A stretch of 64,000 bases of DNA, taken from assembly GCF_048593235.1 (NCBI RefSeq), contig NC_133617.1, positions 627,544,958 to 627,608,957 on the forward strand. The letters are read 5' to 3'. This document shows positions 1 through 15,031 of this stretch, piece by piece. The translations under genes and the position numbers were made by a program. The notes beneath the pieces are model-generated. The model made no database searches, was not told the DNA's origin, and worked only from the letters and a program-made list of their open reading frames with translations. The first letter of the stretch is position 1, and every line of letters starts with the position of its first letter. Source of the DNA: Sminthopsis crassicaudata. Lineage: Eukaryota.

Positions 1-341
1 TGCTCACGGTGTGGTCAGCACCCAACTACTGCTATCGGTAAGTGGAGTGGGAGGAGACAGTTTCAGAGGGAGAGAAGCCTTGGTACCCTTAGGCCAACTT
101 GGAAAGAGAGAGGGCTTATCTCCTTAGAAGTTGGTGGGAGTTGGGAGAGGAGCCCTGAGGAAAATTTTCTGTGTTCTGTACCTTAGATAACTGACCTTTT
201 TCTTTGAATAGCTGCGGAAATGTGGCAGCCATCTTGGAGCTGGATGAGCACCTCCAGAAAGATTTCATCATCTTTGAAGCTGCACCCCAGGAAACCCGGG
301 GCATCCCTTCCAAGAAGCCAGTGGCTGACTACTTCCTGTGA
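1..341 (+). CDS. PPP4C: Protein phosphatase 4 catalytic subunit, 3' end (partial)
   Basis: Exon end 1-37 ([12 protein letters not shown], donor gtaagt) and last exon 212-341 ([42 protein letters not shown]), the PP4C C-terminus. Confidence 0.97.
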
Positions 342-711
342 CCCCACCCAAGCCCCTCTTACCCCTATCCTTTACTCCTCTCCCCAGCCTCAACATCCTT
401 TGGACCACTGTGACTCTGTCCTCTGCTGTTCCTGTTGCCACCATCTGCAGGACAGGGTCTCCCAGGGTTGGGGGAGGATTTCCCCTTCTCCTCTCTAGGA
501 TCTCAGAGGACACTGGGAGAGCAGAGAAGCCTCTCCCATCCTGTGTTCTGTCCTAGGCAGAGGTCAGGGGGCAAGGAGGACAAGCTTTGATCCAATTTCC
601 TCCTCCCCCAGATTCTTTGTTTTGAAGTTTCTGGCGATTTTTTTCTGGTTTTCTCTTTTTTGTTTGTTTGTTTTTAGATAAAAACTTTGGGGAAAAATGA
701 AAAAAAATTCT

Positions 712-717
712 AATAAA
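712..717 (+). terminator. PPP4C poly(A) signal
   Basis: AATAAA ~370 nt after the stop, in an A/T-rich context. Confidence 0.7.
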
Positions 718-1207
718 AGAAAGAAAATGACCTTTTGTTCTTACCTCCTTCTGGCTCAGTGGGAACAGTTATACTATAAAACTATGATCCTAATGCACAT
801 TTCTACACAGCACTATGAAGGAAGGTGCTAGAGTAATTACTACTGCACCCTTTGGGAGATGAGTCAGTAGCTCTAGCAGTGGTAACTAACATTGCCATCT
901 GAAAGCAAGTCTCTGTGTTCTACCAGACAACTCTGGTTAGTTAGAGAGCATCAGGCAGGCCCTTCTGCTTCCCAGCTGATTTCTCCATTATTTCTGTGTA
1001 GTACTCTCAGGACCTGGGGTCCCGAGTATGTATCTCTTAGTACTTAGAAACCGGGCTGATTGGTAGACAGGAGCCCTCAGATTAGAATCCTTCTTGGAAA
1101 TGAGAGAGCTTTGGAAAGAAGAGGGCTTTGAAATCACCTTAGAGCAGGAAGCCAACTCTACCCCCAATCTAACAGATTTGTATAACATCACACAATGACT
1201 CAAAAGT

Positions 1208-1213
1208 TTTATT
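1208..1213 (-). terminator. TBX6 poly(A) signal
   Basis: TTTATT on + (AATAAA on -), ~540 nt after the TBX6 stop. Confidence 0.7.
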
Positions 1214-1750
1214 TTAGAGGAAATAAAAAAGCCTGGAGCCCAAAGGTGTTTGGTGAGAATAGTAATTACTGTACATTTGGCAGTGGGGGTGAAGACAGTC
1301 TGCTCTACATCCCTGGGAGACTTTCCCCACATGGAGGTAAGGTATGTAAATGTAAATTGTTCAGGCAGTGGTGTGGTAAGGGTGAAGAGCCTGGGGTGGA
1401 GGGCCTAGAGGCCTTGGAACTCCCTTAGCTGGGCTGCCCTTGAAAGTTCCTGGTGATGGCCCCTGACCTGTCCTTTTGGTGAGGCCGGTCTCCTGCTGGC
1501 CCAGCCCCCACCCTCCATTCACACCCAGGTGAGAGCCCAGGAAGGGGAAGCTGGAGCAGCTGGTCTCCCCCCAGCCTACCTCCACAGGCTTTGAAGCAGG
1601 AGGGGGGTGTGAGCTAAAGCTGAAGTGTGAACTGAGTGGGGGGAGGCTTGGCTGAGATGAAGGAGGCAAAAGCAGCCATTTGGTGCAAAAAGGAGATGGC
1701 CCCAAAAGTCACCCAGGCTCCAAGAAGAGTTGGTGGTAAATGCCTCTAAC

Positions 1751-5772
<4,022 letters not shown>

Positions 5773-5850
5773 GGGGCAGATCTCCAGCCCCTCCTGTGCT
5801 GTCTTGTCCTGTCTGCTCAGCTTTGAGCCACCCGCCCAGGTGATGCCCCC

Positions 5851-5856
5851 TTTATA
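5851..5856 (-). promoter_or_regulatory. TATA box upstream of the TBX6 ATG exon
   Basis: TATAAA on - strand, 79-84 nt upstream of the ATG at 5772. Confidence 0.55.
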
Positions 5857-6207
5857 GCCCTGGGCTCAGCCCCTTTGGCCCCTGATCACAGCTCCTCCTC
5901 CCCGGGGGCCTTCAGGGCTGGGGGTGCAGGATGTAGGAAAGGGGGGAAAAGTCGGAGTGGGGAGGAGGGGCACGGCCCATGGGGCCCAGATGGGAATGCC
6001 TGGGCTCCCCCCTCCCCAATCCCATCTGTCCCACAAGTCAGCCCGCCTCCCTCCCCCTCTCCCAGTCCCCTCCAGCCAGCCCGACGGCTGGGCTTCATTA
6101 GCTCTGGCCCCCTACTCCCTAATTACATAATTAACTCCTCGGCCTGCTTGATCCCCGGGGGCTTGAACCAGGACAGCAGTTTGGCGCTTCCTGCCAGCTG
6201 TTCGGGG

Positions 6208-6215
6208 TTCCCACG
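6208..6215 (-). promoter_or_regulatory. Consensus RBPJ/CSL site upstream of TBX6
   Basis: TTCCCACG on + = CGTGGGAA on -. Confidence 0.55.
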
Positions 6216-6229
6216 AGGGAACCTGGGAG

Positions 6230-6790
6230 AATCTAGGAGGCGGGGCCACGGGAATCGGGGCGGGGCCATTCGGCTTGGAGGCGGGGCCTCAGGTAAGTAA
6301 CAAGACACTTCTGCCGGACCCCGACCCTGGACCGGCTTGCAGTTTTTGCCCGTGTGCTGGGGCGTGAGAGAAAAACCCTGAGAGGCCCGGGGAAGAATGC
6401 GGCGGGGGTCTGAACTCAGCAGTCCAGACTGCCACGTCGGGAAGCTCCCCAGGGCCCGAGGTCTGGGAGGGCACGAGGTCTGGGAGAGGAGCCCGAGGTC
6501 TGGGAGAGCCCGGGCCACTCGCGGGCCGCTCCACGCAGCGCCGGACTACGTTACCCAGGAAGGACCGCACGTGAGCTCTCGCTCCGCCTCGTTGGGAAGG
6601 GCTGGTTCATTGGACTACAGTTCCCAGGAGACCGAGCGCAGCGGGAGCCTGCGTCCTTGCCTGGAGCCGCGCTGCGTTTCTTGGGAGCCGTAGTCCCGAC
6701 TCCGTCGGTTCCAAAATAGACCCCGCAGACGTCAGGCTGGAGAGATGCAGTTCCCTCTCTCCCAGAGCCTTCCCCGTGCAGCAGGGCGCT
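6230..6790. promoter_or_regulatory. CpG-rich promoter-like region with three ZNF143/THAP11-like motifs
   Basis: High CpG density; GC boxes near 6258-6286; ACTAC-N3/4-CCCA motifs at 6545-6558 (+), 6614-6627 (+) and 6681-6694 (-). Confidence 0.55.
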
Positions 6791-7173
6791 GCGTCTGGGA
6801 GGTCTGGGGGCACGGGCAGCCCCCGTCCCAGCAGCCTTGCCAGGCTGACCCTCCATGGGCAGAAGATGAGAGTAATAAACCAGTAACTTCGTCCCACAGC
6901 TCTTTAAAGCATGTTCCTCACAACAGCCCTGTGAGGTAGGTGTGCAAGGAATCTCCCCATGGTTACCAATAAGTTAGCGACGTTCAAGATCCCCCACAAC
7001 TAATACATTCCAGAGCTAGCCTGCCCACAGCCGAGCGGTGAGGCGCCGCTAAAGAAAGTGCTTATAAGCCCGTGCCGTTTGGAGAGGGGGGTGCAAGGCG
7101 GGGGCTGGGACAAGAGTCCTTTCCAGGACCTGAGATTCCAAGAAAGAGAAAGGTGAGCGGTGTCTCTGGGAGT

Positions 7174-7179
7174 TTTATT
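7174..7179 (-). terminator. YPEL3 poly(A) signal
   Basis: AATAAA on - strand, ~470 nt after the stop. Confidence 0.65.
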
Positions 7180-7643
7180 TACAGATGCTACAGACCACGG
7201 AGGGATACGGAAATCCTGGGGAAAGAGAGGTACAGGCTTGAGGTATATAGGCAGGAGGAAAAGGAGTGCATGGAGAGGAAGCGAGAGAGTTATGTACAAC
7301 AAAGGGCATATCTACAGGTGAATCTGGGACAGGGAGAGGGTTAAAAATGAGATCCAAACCAGCCAGATCATGAAGGGAAGCAGAATGGGGACATTTCTTC
7401 CCCTACCCCCCCAAAAGTCACAGTGCATGCAATAAAATAATAAAATGTATGTACAAGGCTTGGGACCATCTCCCAACAAAGCCCTGAGGAGGGAGAACTT
7501 GCAGTTCCCCAGGGTCCCTGGAGAGGATGCAAGTAGTTGTTTCTCCCACCAACGCCCCTCCTCCAGCAGCCTGGCTGGGGTGAGGGGGGCAGCAGAATCA
7601 TCTTATTGGGGAAAATCATTGGGCTGAGGTTGGAGGTCAGAGG

Positions 7644-8799
7644 TCAGTCCCAGCCATTGTCCTTGATCATGTGGTTGAGCTCAATGATGTACTTCCCCTC
7701 CTTGTATTTCTGACTGCTCTCAAAGGCCTGTTCCTGGAAGGCAGGGAATAGTCAGTTGGGGGAAGAGGGAGGAGGAGGGACGAGAGACTGGGTTCAGAAG
7801 AGGCTGGGATAGAGACTGGGTCAATTTCTGCCTTCACCAAGCCTCCAGTTTTCTCACCTATCAAATGAGGGTTGTAATAACCCAAGCTACCTAGCTCACA
7901 CTGACTTAGTGAAAATCAGCCAAGGTGAACAGATGTGAAACAGCTTTGAAAAAGTTCAGGACTTGACAAAGTAGCTGAAAACTCTAATGGGCTCAGAGCT
8001 GGAAGGGCCTCTCATTCTACATGATAGGGAAACAGATTCTGAGGGACTTGAGCAAAGTTACAGGGGTAAGTGGCAGGGCCACAATTTGAGCCCAATTGTC
8101 TTCCATAGACCCTGGGATCTGACTATTCTTGTACAACCAGGGAGGGTCTGAGATCACTCACATATTTCCAGCCCAAGGTAGTCTTGCAGCTCTCACAATG
8201 GATGTCAGCCACAGCATGGAGCCCAGTCAGCAGCACCCGCTCTTCAGCCGGCCCGCAACCCACGTTCACCCTGTGGGGTGGGTCACCAGGCTGTCACAAA
8301 CGAGACTAGTCTCTCAGGGGCCAACTCTAGGCCGTCTCAAGACTAGGGCCCAACTCCCCCCTTCGGTGTTATCTAGGGTCTTCGGTCCCGGATGGGTCAC
8401 AATCCCACCTGACCCCGGCCGGCCCTGAAACTCCAGCACTACAAGCAAGTACAGATCACGAGGAGCTTCATGGGCCAGGGGCGCTTGTGAGACTGCCCCA
8501 AGAGTCTAAGGGAATCCCTCGGGATACTCACACAGAGTTGAAGAGGTAGGCACGGCCCTGGCTGCCCTGGAAGGACTGGAGGAAAGGAAACGAGTCACAG
8601 TTACTGCCATTTCTGGGGGTTCCACGCCCCCTCCTGAGTCCAGTCCCTGGGACTGACAGTTCCCATTGCTTAGGCAGGTTACCTTGGAGATGAGGTCATC
8701 GTGGTTGGCCAGGTGTGCCCGGCAGTGGGCACAGCTATACCTTCGGTGACAGTCATCCAGATAAGCTTGGAAGGTTTTGGGCTTAGAGATCCGCACCAT
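7644..8799 (-). CDS. YPEL3: Yippee-like 3, 119 aa, 4 coding exons
   Basis: Exons 8799-8683, 8575-8532, 8270-8162, 7733-7644 (117+44+109+90 nt). [26 protein letters not shown]...[13 protein letters not shown]. Confidence 0.98.
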
Positions 8800-9499
8800 G
8801 GTGGGGGCTGGGGGGAGTGGCCCCACCCGGGGAGGGGACCACGGCGAGCAAAGGGAGCCCAGAGCCTAGAAGATCATGGAGAAGTATGAGGATCGCGGCC
8901 CTCGCCTCCTGCCCCAGAGTCCTCTATCTTCCGCACATTCCTCTCTCCCTCCCAGAACCAAGCGCCTCTCAGCATCTCATCGAGCTGCGTCCGGCTTCTC
9001 CCCAGAGCTCGGGCTGCCGCCACGCTCGGCTCTCTGCTTTCCCTAGGGCCAGGTTGCCTCCCTGGGGGAGGAATGTTGCTCAGCCGGGGTTCAAAGCACC
9101 GATCTGCCTCACAGGGGAAACTGAGGCTGGAGAAGTGACTCAGCCGCCCAGCGCCTCCACCTGGGCCCAGACACTCCAGTGCGTTCTAGAAGCAGGGCCC
9201 CGACTCAGTGTATGGGAGGGAAACCCGAAAGGGAGGAATACGCGGGAGGGGACCCGCTGGGGGGGAAGTAGTCTTGCTTTGTAAAAACTGCGCAGCTGGG
9301 AAGGGGGAGGGGAAGGGGTGCATAGTCTGACGCTGCAAGGGTGAGCACCCCAGGAGTCTGGGTCGGCCCGACGGGCTCTGACTTCGGGGTAGTCTCTGCC
9401 TCTCCAGGGAGAGGAGGGGGAGGGCTGCAGAAGGGAGGGTGCCCGGGAGCTCGGTTGGGGGGCTAGGAGCGCGGGCATCGCTCGGGGGACCCCTGGGCT

Positions 9500-10400
9500 C
9501 TGGGAGTTCGCTGGGCCTCACCTAGGTGCACGGAGGGGCCCGTCCTCCGGGGTCTGGGGTCGGGTGATGGGCGCTCCGGAGCCGGGGCGCTGTCCCCACG
9601 CCCGGGGTTCGCAGCCGCGACTTGTTTACACCGAGACCAGCTGCTGCCGCTGTGAGGTCTCCCTCCTCCCTCCCCGCACTCTCCCGGCGGCCGCCGCGGC
9701 CAATCAGAACGTTCTATGCAAATGCACGGGGAGCGTCACGCATCCGGGAGCGTCGGAGCCCCCGCCCTCGCCTCTCCCAGTCTCTCTCCGTCTCGGTCTG
9801 GTTCTCTCTCGGGTGGCGTCGGGGCCGACGGCTGGTCGGCTCCGGAAATGCGGCGGAGTGCGGGGCTGGGTTAAGGGCCGCGGGTGCGTAGGGCGCCCGG
9901 GACGCCGACCCTCTGCAAACAAAGGAGGTCCGAGTGCGGGCGGGGCCTGCCCGCGCTCCGCCCCCCCGCCCCGCCGCAGCCGCCGCGGTGTCGGGTGCCA
10001 GGCTCGGCGACGCTGTAACAAAGTTTCCCTGCCTGCCCCCAAGGCCGGGAGCCTGCGCTTTCATTGTCTTTGGCCCGCGGGTCCCCATCCCGGGCCTGGA
10101 GCAATCCACGCGGCCTCCCAAGTCCTCTGGGCACAGGGGGCGGGGCGGCGGCTCCCTGGGGCTGCCCCTTCCCTTTTCCCTGGGTCCGGGATGCCCTGGG
10201 GCTCTAGGAGGAAGGACTCTACAGTCTCCAGTCTATGCCGGGGACGCAGGTCCGAGGCCTGGGCAGCCTGCCTCGGGCCTGGAAGTGGACGATGGAGGAG
10301 CGGAATTTGGAGACGGCCCCCCTCCCGTGCTTCCTAACCCAGGGGGAGCACGTTCCCTCCCCCACTCCCACGTCTCGGCCTGCCCTCTAGAGGTCACCCC
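9500..10400. promoter_or_regulatory. YPEL3 CpG island / promoter and probable non-coding first exon
   Basis: Very GC/CpG-rich; candidate - strand donor TAG|GTGAG at 9522/9521; TTGTTTAC 9622-9629; CCAAT 9700-9704; ATGCAAAT 9716-9723. Confidence 0.7.
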
Positions 10401-10586
10401 ACCTGGAAGAAAGTATTGATTCCTCAACTGGGCTGAGCCAGAAAGGCTGGGAGTGGCACCAGAAAGTACACTTGCTCTCAGGGTCAGGAATGTGGCCCGA
10501 CCAGAAGCCCAGGACTCTCCTCCCATGCTCATGTCTTCTTCCCCAACCCCTTCCTCAATAAAGACACTTGAGTCAGTAAGAAAACT

Positions 10587-10592
10587 TTTATT
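10587..10592 (-). terminator. GDPD3 poly(A) signal
   Basis: AATAAA on - strand, ~420 nt after the stop. Confidence 0.65.
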
Positions 10593-11007
10593 GGGGAATA
10601 AAGATGAAAGGCAGCAGGGCAGGAGTAATCGTGTTCGTGAAAAAGTGTTTTTAGGGAGATCTTGAAAAACTTGTAAGATCTGATGCTGCGCAAAATCAAA
10701 TATACAAGACGATCACAAAATACAGGAAAAACACAAAGATTTAAGGAGTTCTGATTCATGTGTTCGTATCCACTTGTCATTTAAGAATTAAACTGGATTT
10801 TAAAATATATTTCTTGCCTCTCAGCAGAGAGGCAAACAAACCATCAGAAAGCATGTATTTTCAGACAGCACCAGTTGACACAAATCAATTTTTTTTGCTT
10901 GACTTCTGGGGAAATTTCTATTGTGGAGCTGGAGAGTCACTGGAAAGTGATGTATTCAACATTTAAAAAGGAAAATAAATGTAGAGATCCTTGACCCAGT
11001 TACAGAG

Positions 11008-14000
11008 TCACCTGTCCAAGTTGCTCTGGTTAGATTTCTGGGGGTGATTGTCCAGGTAATGCCGAAGGGCAGTAGGGTAATCCGTCATGACCCCTGTGGC
11101 TCCCAGCCTATATGCTACTTCAAAATCGGATTCTTCATTAAGGCACCAAAACACAACCTAAAGAGTAGATAAAGTTAGGAAAGTGAGTACATAAAGTTGG
11201 GAAAACAAACTTGTCAAAATCACCCATTCCTTCTTCACTTCCATAAAGACTTCTCCTTAAAGCCTCCTGAGAACTCCTATAATTACGAGTTCTACCTATG
11301 CCACTAGCTAAAAATAAAATACATTAATCTTATGTATTTTATTTGTGTGATAGCTCTTGGGTGTAGAGACTGGCAGACATTGTGGAATAGCTCAGACATT
11401 TCCTATATGTGACTATACAAATCATTTTGACTTCTTTAAATCTTAGGTTATTTGCCCAGTAAAACTGAGATAAGAGAATTTATACTATGTATCTTACAGA
11501 CGTGTGCTAAGAAAAATGGTTTAAAACTGTAAAGCACAATGGAAACTCAAAAATGATTTTTTTTTTGCTTCCTCTTTCCTCCTTAGCAACACAGGGCAGA
11601 GTAGACATGAAATATTCTGAAATATTAGTTGACAAGTAATGACTGTACTCACTTGTATCCCTCTTTCTTCAAGATGCCTGATTAGACTTCTCCTCATGAT
11701 CAGGCTGAGGGAAGAAAGAAGCAATCTCAGACAACAGAGGTCACAGGGCTGAAGCAATGCCCAACCCCCTTTTCTCCTTGCTCACCTTACCTCTTAGTTA
11801 AGGCTGCTGCCAATCTATTCAAAGCAGAGTACCGAAATGGGAAGTAGGTCCTTGATTCAAGAGATAAAATCTGATCAGTCAATTAGGCCTGGCTTTGAGA
11901 TACTGCTCAAAAATTTCTTCCTCAGCCCCATCACCATGATTGTAATTCTTCTCATTATTATCAGTGATCACAAAAGAGAGAGGGGAAGAGATGTCCCAGA
12001 GACCCCTAACGCCTTTGTTTTATGTGCCCTGTCTCTTTCCCAAGGTCAGAGCCTAGTCTAACAGCCCCATTACCTATTGATGATGGTGGGCAGGAAGCAC
12101 AGCAGGAATTTCTCACGGATGGAAAAGAAGGGCAACAGTCCCATGTAGTACATCAACACCAACCAAAGAGCTCGAAGTACAGTGAAAGAAGTTGGCATTT
12201 CTGGATTCTAGGGGAGTCAGGAAGGTCAGTGCTAGGGGTAAGGAGAGGAAAGGGAAATCCAAGCTTATCTGAAGGAGAATGGCAAGCAAGGCCTTCCAGG
12301 AAAGAGGTGCTCAAGAGTACAGGACAGCAGAATGCTCCAAGGATTACCAATACCTACATTATTAAATCTAAACCCCAACTGTGGCCTCTCTATTCTGAGA
12401 TTCAAGACACTCCATATGGCCCCAACTTGATTTCCTCTTTAATAGTCTAGTCTTTGTTCTCCCTACTAATCCAGATAAGCCAGAGACCTCAATGTGTCTC
12501 TCTTCCCCTTCAGATATCATGCTAACTTGCTTTGCTTAAAGGCTCAAAGCACATTCTCTATCTGCAATGTCCTTTCTGACAAAATAGAATGTTAAAATAG
12601 TAAGAGACCTTTAAGATTCTCTAGTCCAACCCCATTTCCAATGGATGAAAAAAACACAATCAAATAAATAAATTTTTTTTGCTATGACCACCACCCAGGT
12701 AGTAAGTGGCAAAATCAGGATTCTAACCCCAAAATTTTCAGATTCCAAGCTATCTTTTAGGTGGCTCAACCACTCCTCACTTAATAGAAACCTTCCCACA
12801 GGCAGCAAAAGTCCTTTTTTGATGTGGCCTCTTACATGTTGCTGTAATCTACAAAAAACCTAAAGGCTAAGGAAAGGAATGGCACTTCAGAAGCAGGTGT
12901 AGAATAAGTCCAATCGATCTCATATATTGTCTCCTGAAGGAGAAAGAAGTCCTTTGAAGAGGGAGCAGCAGAGAGCATAGAATTTCATGAGTAATGGTCA
13001 GATGGAATTAAGTAGGGGTTTGGGGTAATAGAAGAATAAGGGAATTATCAGGAAATGGGAGATAAGTAAGTTTAAGACAGAAAAGGTAACTTACAGCTAC
13101 ACGGCATTTCTTCATGACAGAATTCTTTGTAGAAGCCCAGATGGTGATTTCATTTCTGCCAAATTGCTTGACCAATGAGGCGATCTGGGGGTGTGAAATT
13201 CAGAGGGGATTTCTTGGCTCCTAAAACTTCCTCAGTCCCTAGCTCTCCCCCATTCAGAAGTCAATGTGCCCTATTTTTCAATTTCTCTTCTCCCATCTTC
13301 TGAACTGTCTTCAGTCTTTCTGTCTTACCTTGTTAATTAGTTTCTCATTGTCTGTTTTCACTTCCACAGATACTGGTATTTGAGGGAATCTCTGGAAAAC
13401 ATCTTCTAGACTAATCATCTTTCGGTCTGATCCATGTGCAAATTTGCCTACAGTCAAAGGGAAATAGTAGGTATTGAAAGGAGAAAGGGATTACAGAGAA
13501 GAGATTGGAGGTCAGAGAGATCAGAGGTTACTAAGGGGACTGAAGATTTTGAGAGGGGTGTGTCAAAGAAAAGAGCAAAAGGTTATAGTAAAAGGGAGGT
13601 TTGGGATCACAGAGAAATCAGATATATGTCCAGGAAGGAGGGCAGGATGTGAAGATTCCCTCTCTCCCATCACACTGACTAAAGAATGTAGGTTTGCTTA
13701 TTTCTCCCTCCCTTCCCTACAGCAGTTCCCAGGGAATACAGAAAGTAACTTTGATAGTAAACTATTCCCAATCCAAGGCCCCTCTATTTCTCACCTGGGG
13801 AGAAGTACACTTCCAACTCCTCCCTGTAAAGAGGCAGGTCCTGGGGGAAGTGTAGGAGAGAAAGGGTTGATATCACAGGGAAACCATGCTGGCAGAATGA
13901 AAGGGCAAAGATATGAAGGACCTTGATGTGGGGGAGGGGTGTAGGGGTAAGGTCCTTAAGGAGATTCTGGGGGAAGACAGGAAAGTTTTAAATGGGGGGA

Positions 14001-15031
14001 AGGACTTATATAAGGATTCCACCTTATAGTCTACATCCTGAATATTCTTGTTCAGGCCAGATTGTCGAAATAGGTTCCCATCATGGGAGACAACAACTTG
14101 GCCATCCCGGGTCAGATGGCAGTCCAGCTCAAAGAGGTCTGGTCGTTGGGTCATAGAGCTGTGGGAAGGAAAGGGTACAGAGGTCACTTCTGACCCAATA
14201 TCTGTGGGGTATGGAGCCTAGAAAGGAAACAGTGGGATCAGAGATCAAAGGAGAGGGGCAAACTCACTTCTCAAGGGCTTCCATGGTATTCTCAAGCCGT
14301 TCTCCAGAACCTGTATGAAGGGATGGGACATAAATTTGAGCTTCCTTCTTCAGTTCCAGTTTCTCTGTGAATCACATTCCATTCCTCTGTACTACTTTGT
14401 TTTCTTGTTCCTCTGATCAGTATCTGTTTTTTTTTTCTTTCTCCATACCACTCCTTCAACCCTCCTAATTTCTTCTTTTTCATTCCCTAGAACTCGTTTC
14501 CTTTCTCCAATTCCATTCCTTCCCAAAGTACTTGTCTCTTCTTCCTATTCACCCAATCCCATTATCCACCCAATTATTCCCCAGAACTTCTTTTCAATCT
14601 GATCCCTTTGAACCTGTCTCCCTGCCTCAATACTCTACTATATATTTAAGACCATCTCTTCTCCTCAATTCCATCCCATTCATCCTTTACAATGGTGTCA
14701 AACTCTAATAGAAAAGAATCCCGGCTAGCCACACAGTGACTTAATTTTAAAACAATCTTATTCCATTTCCTCCACGTACCCCAGAACTTTTCATCTCTCT
14801 GTCTAAGCTCCCCTTTCCATTCTTGTCTCCTGGTCCCAAATTCATTACTGTTTATTCCTTGGAAGCAGTATCCTCACCCCCTCTGTGGGCAGCAAATTGG
14901 CAGCGGAAGGCTCGATGCAGAGGAACATGGAGTAGATGAGGTCGACGAAGGAAGAACAGGGAGAGCAAAGTATAGCCCCCCAAGGCAGGGAGGGCATAGT
15001 AGAGAAAGGAGGTCACGGTAGAGGCCGACAT
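11008..15031 (-). CDS. GDPD3: Lysophospholipase D GDPD3 (GDE7), 327 aa, 10 exons
   Basis: Exons 15031-14878, 14310-14268, 14158-14023, 13840-13795, 13447-13329, 13184-13095, 12207-12074, 11850-11791, 11704-11653, 11157-11008; total 984 nt. GDPD motifs AHRGG.GERLENT, ELDCHLTRD, VVSHD, VMTDYP. Confidence 0.96.

Noticed and set aside
8870-8980. Four short upstream ATG-ORFs before YPEL3
   Set aside because: They lie upstream of a good acceptor at 8866-8867 and are probably intronic in the main transcript.
9564-10532. Long overlapping ORFs (up to 257 aa) in the YPEL3 CpG island; similar ones near 6100-6900, 22776-23354 and 61900-63650
   Set aside because: Pro/Gly/Arg/Ala-rich, no recognisable domain, open in many frames: the expected by-product of very high GC, repeats or antisense to real exons.
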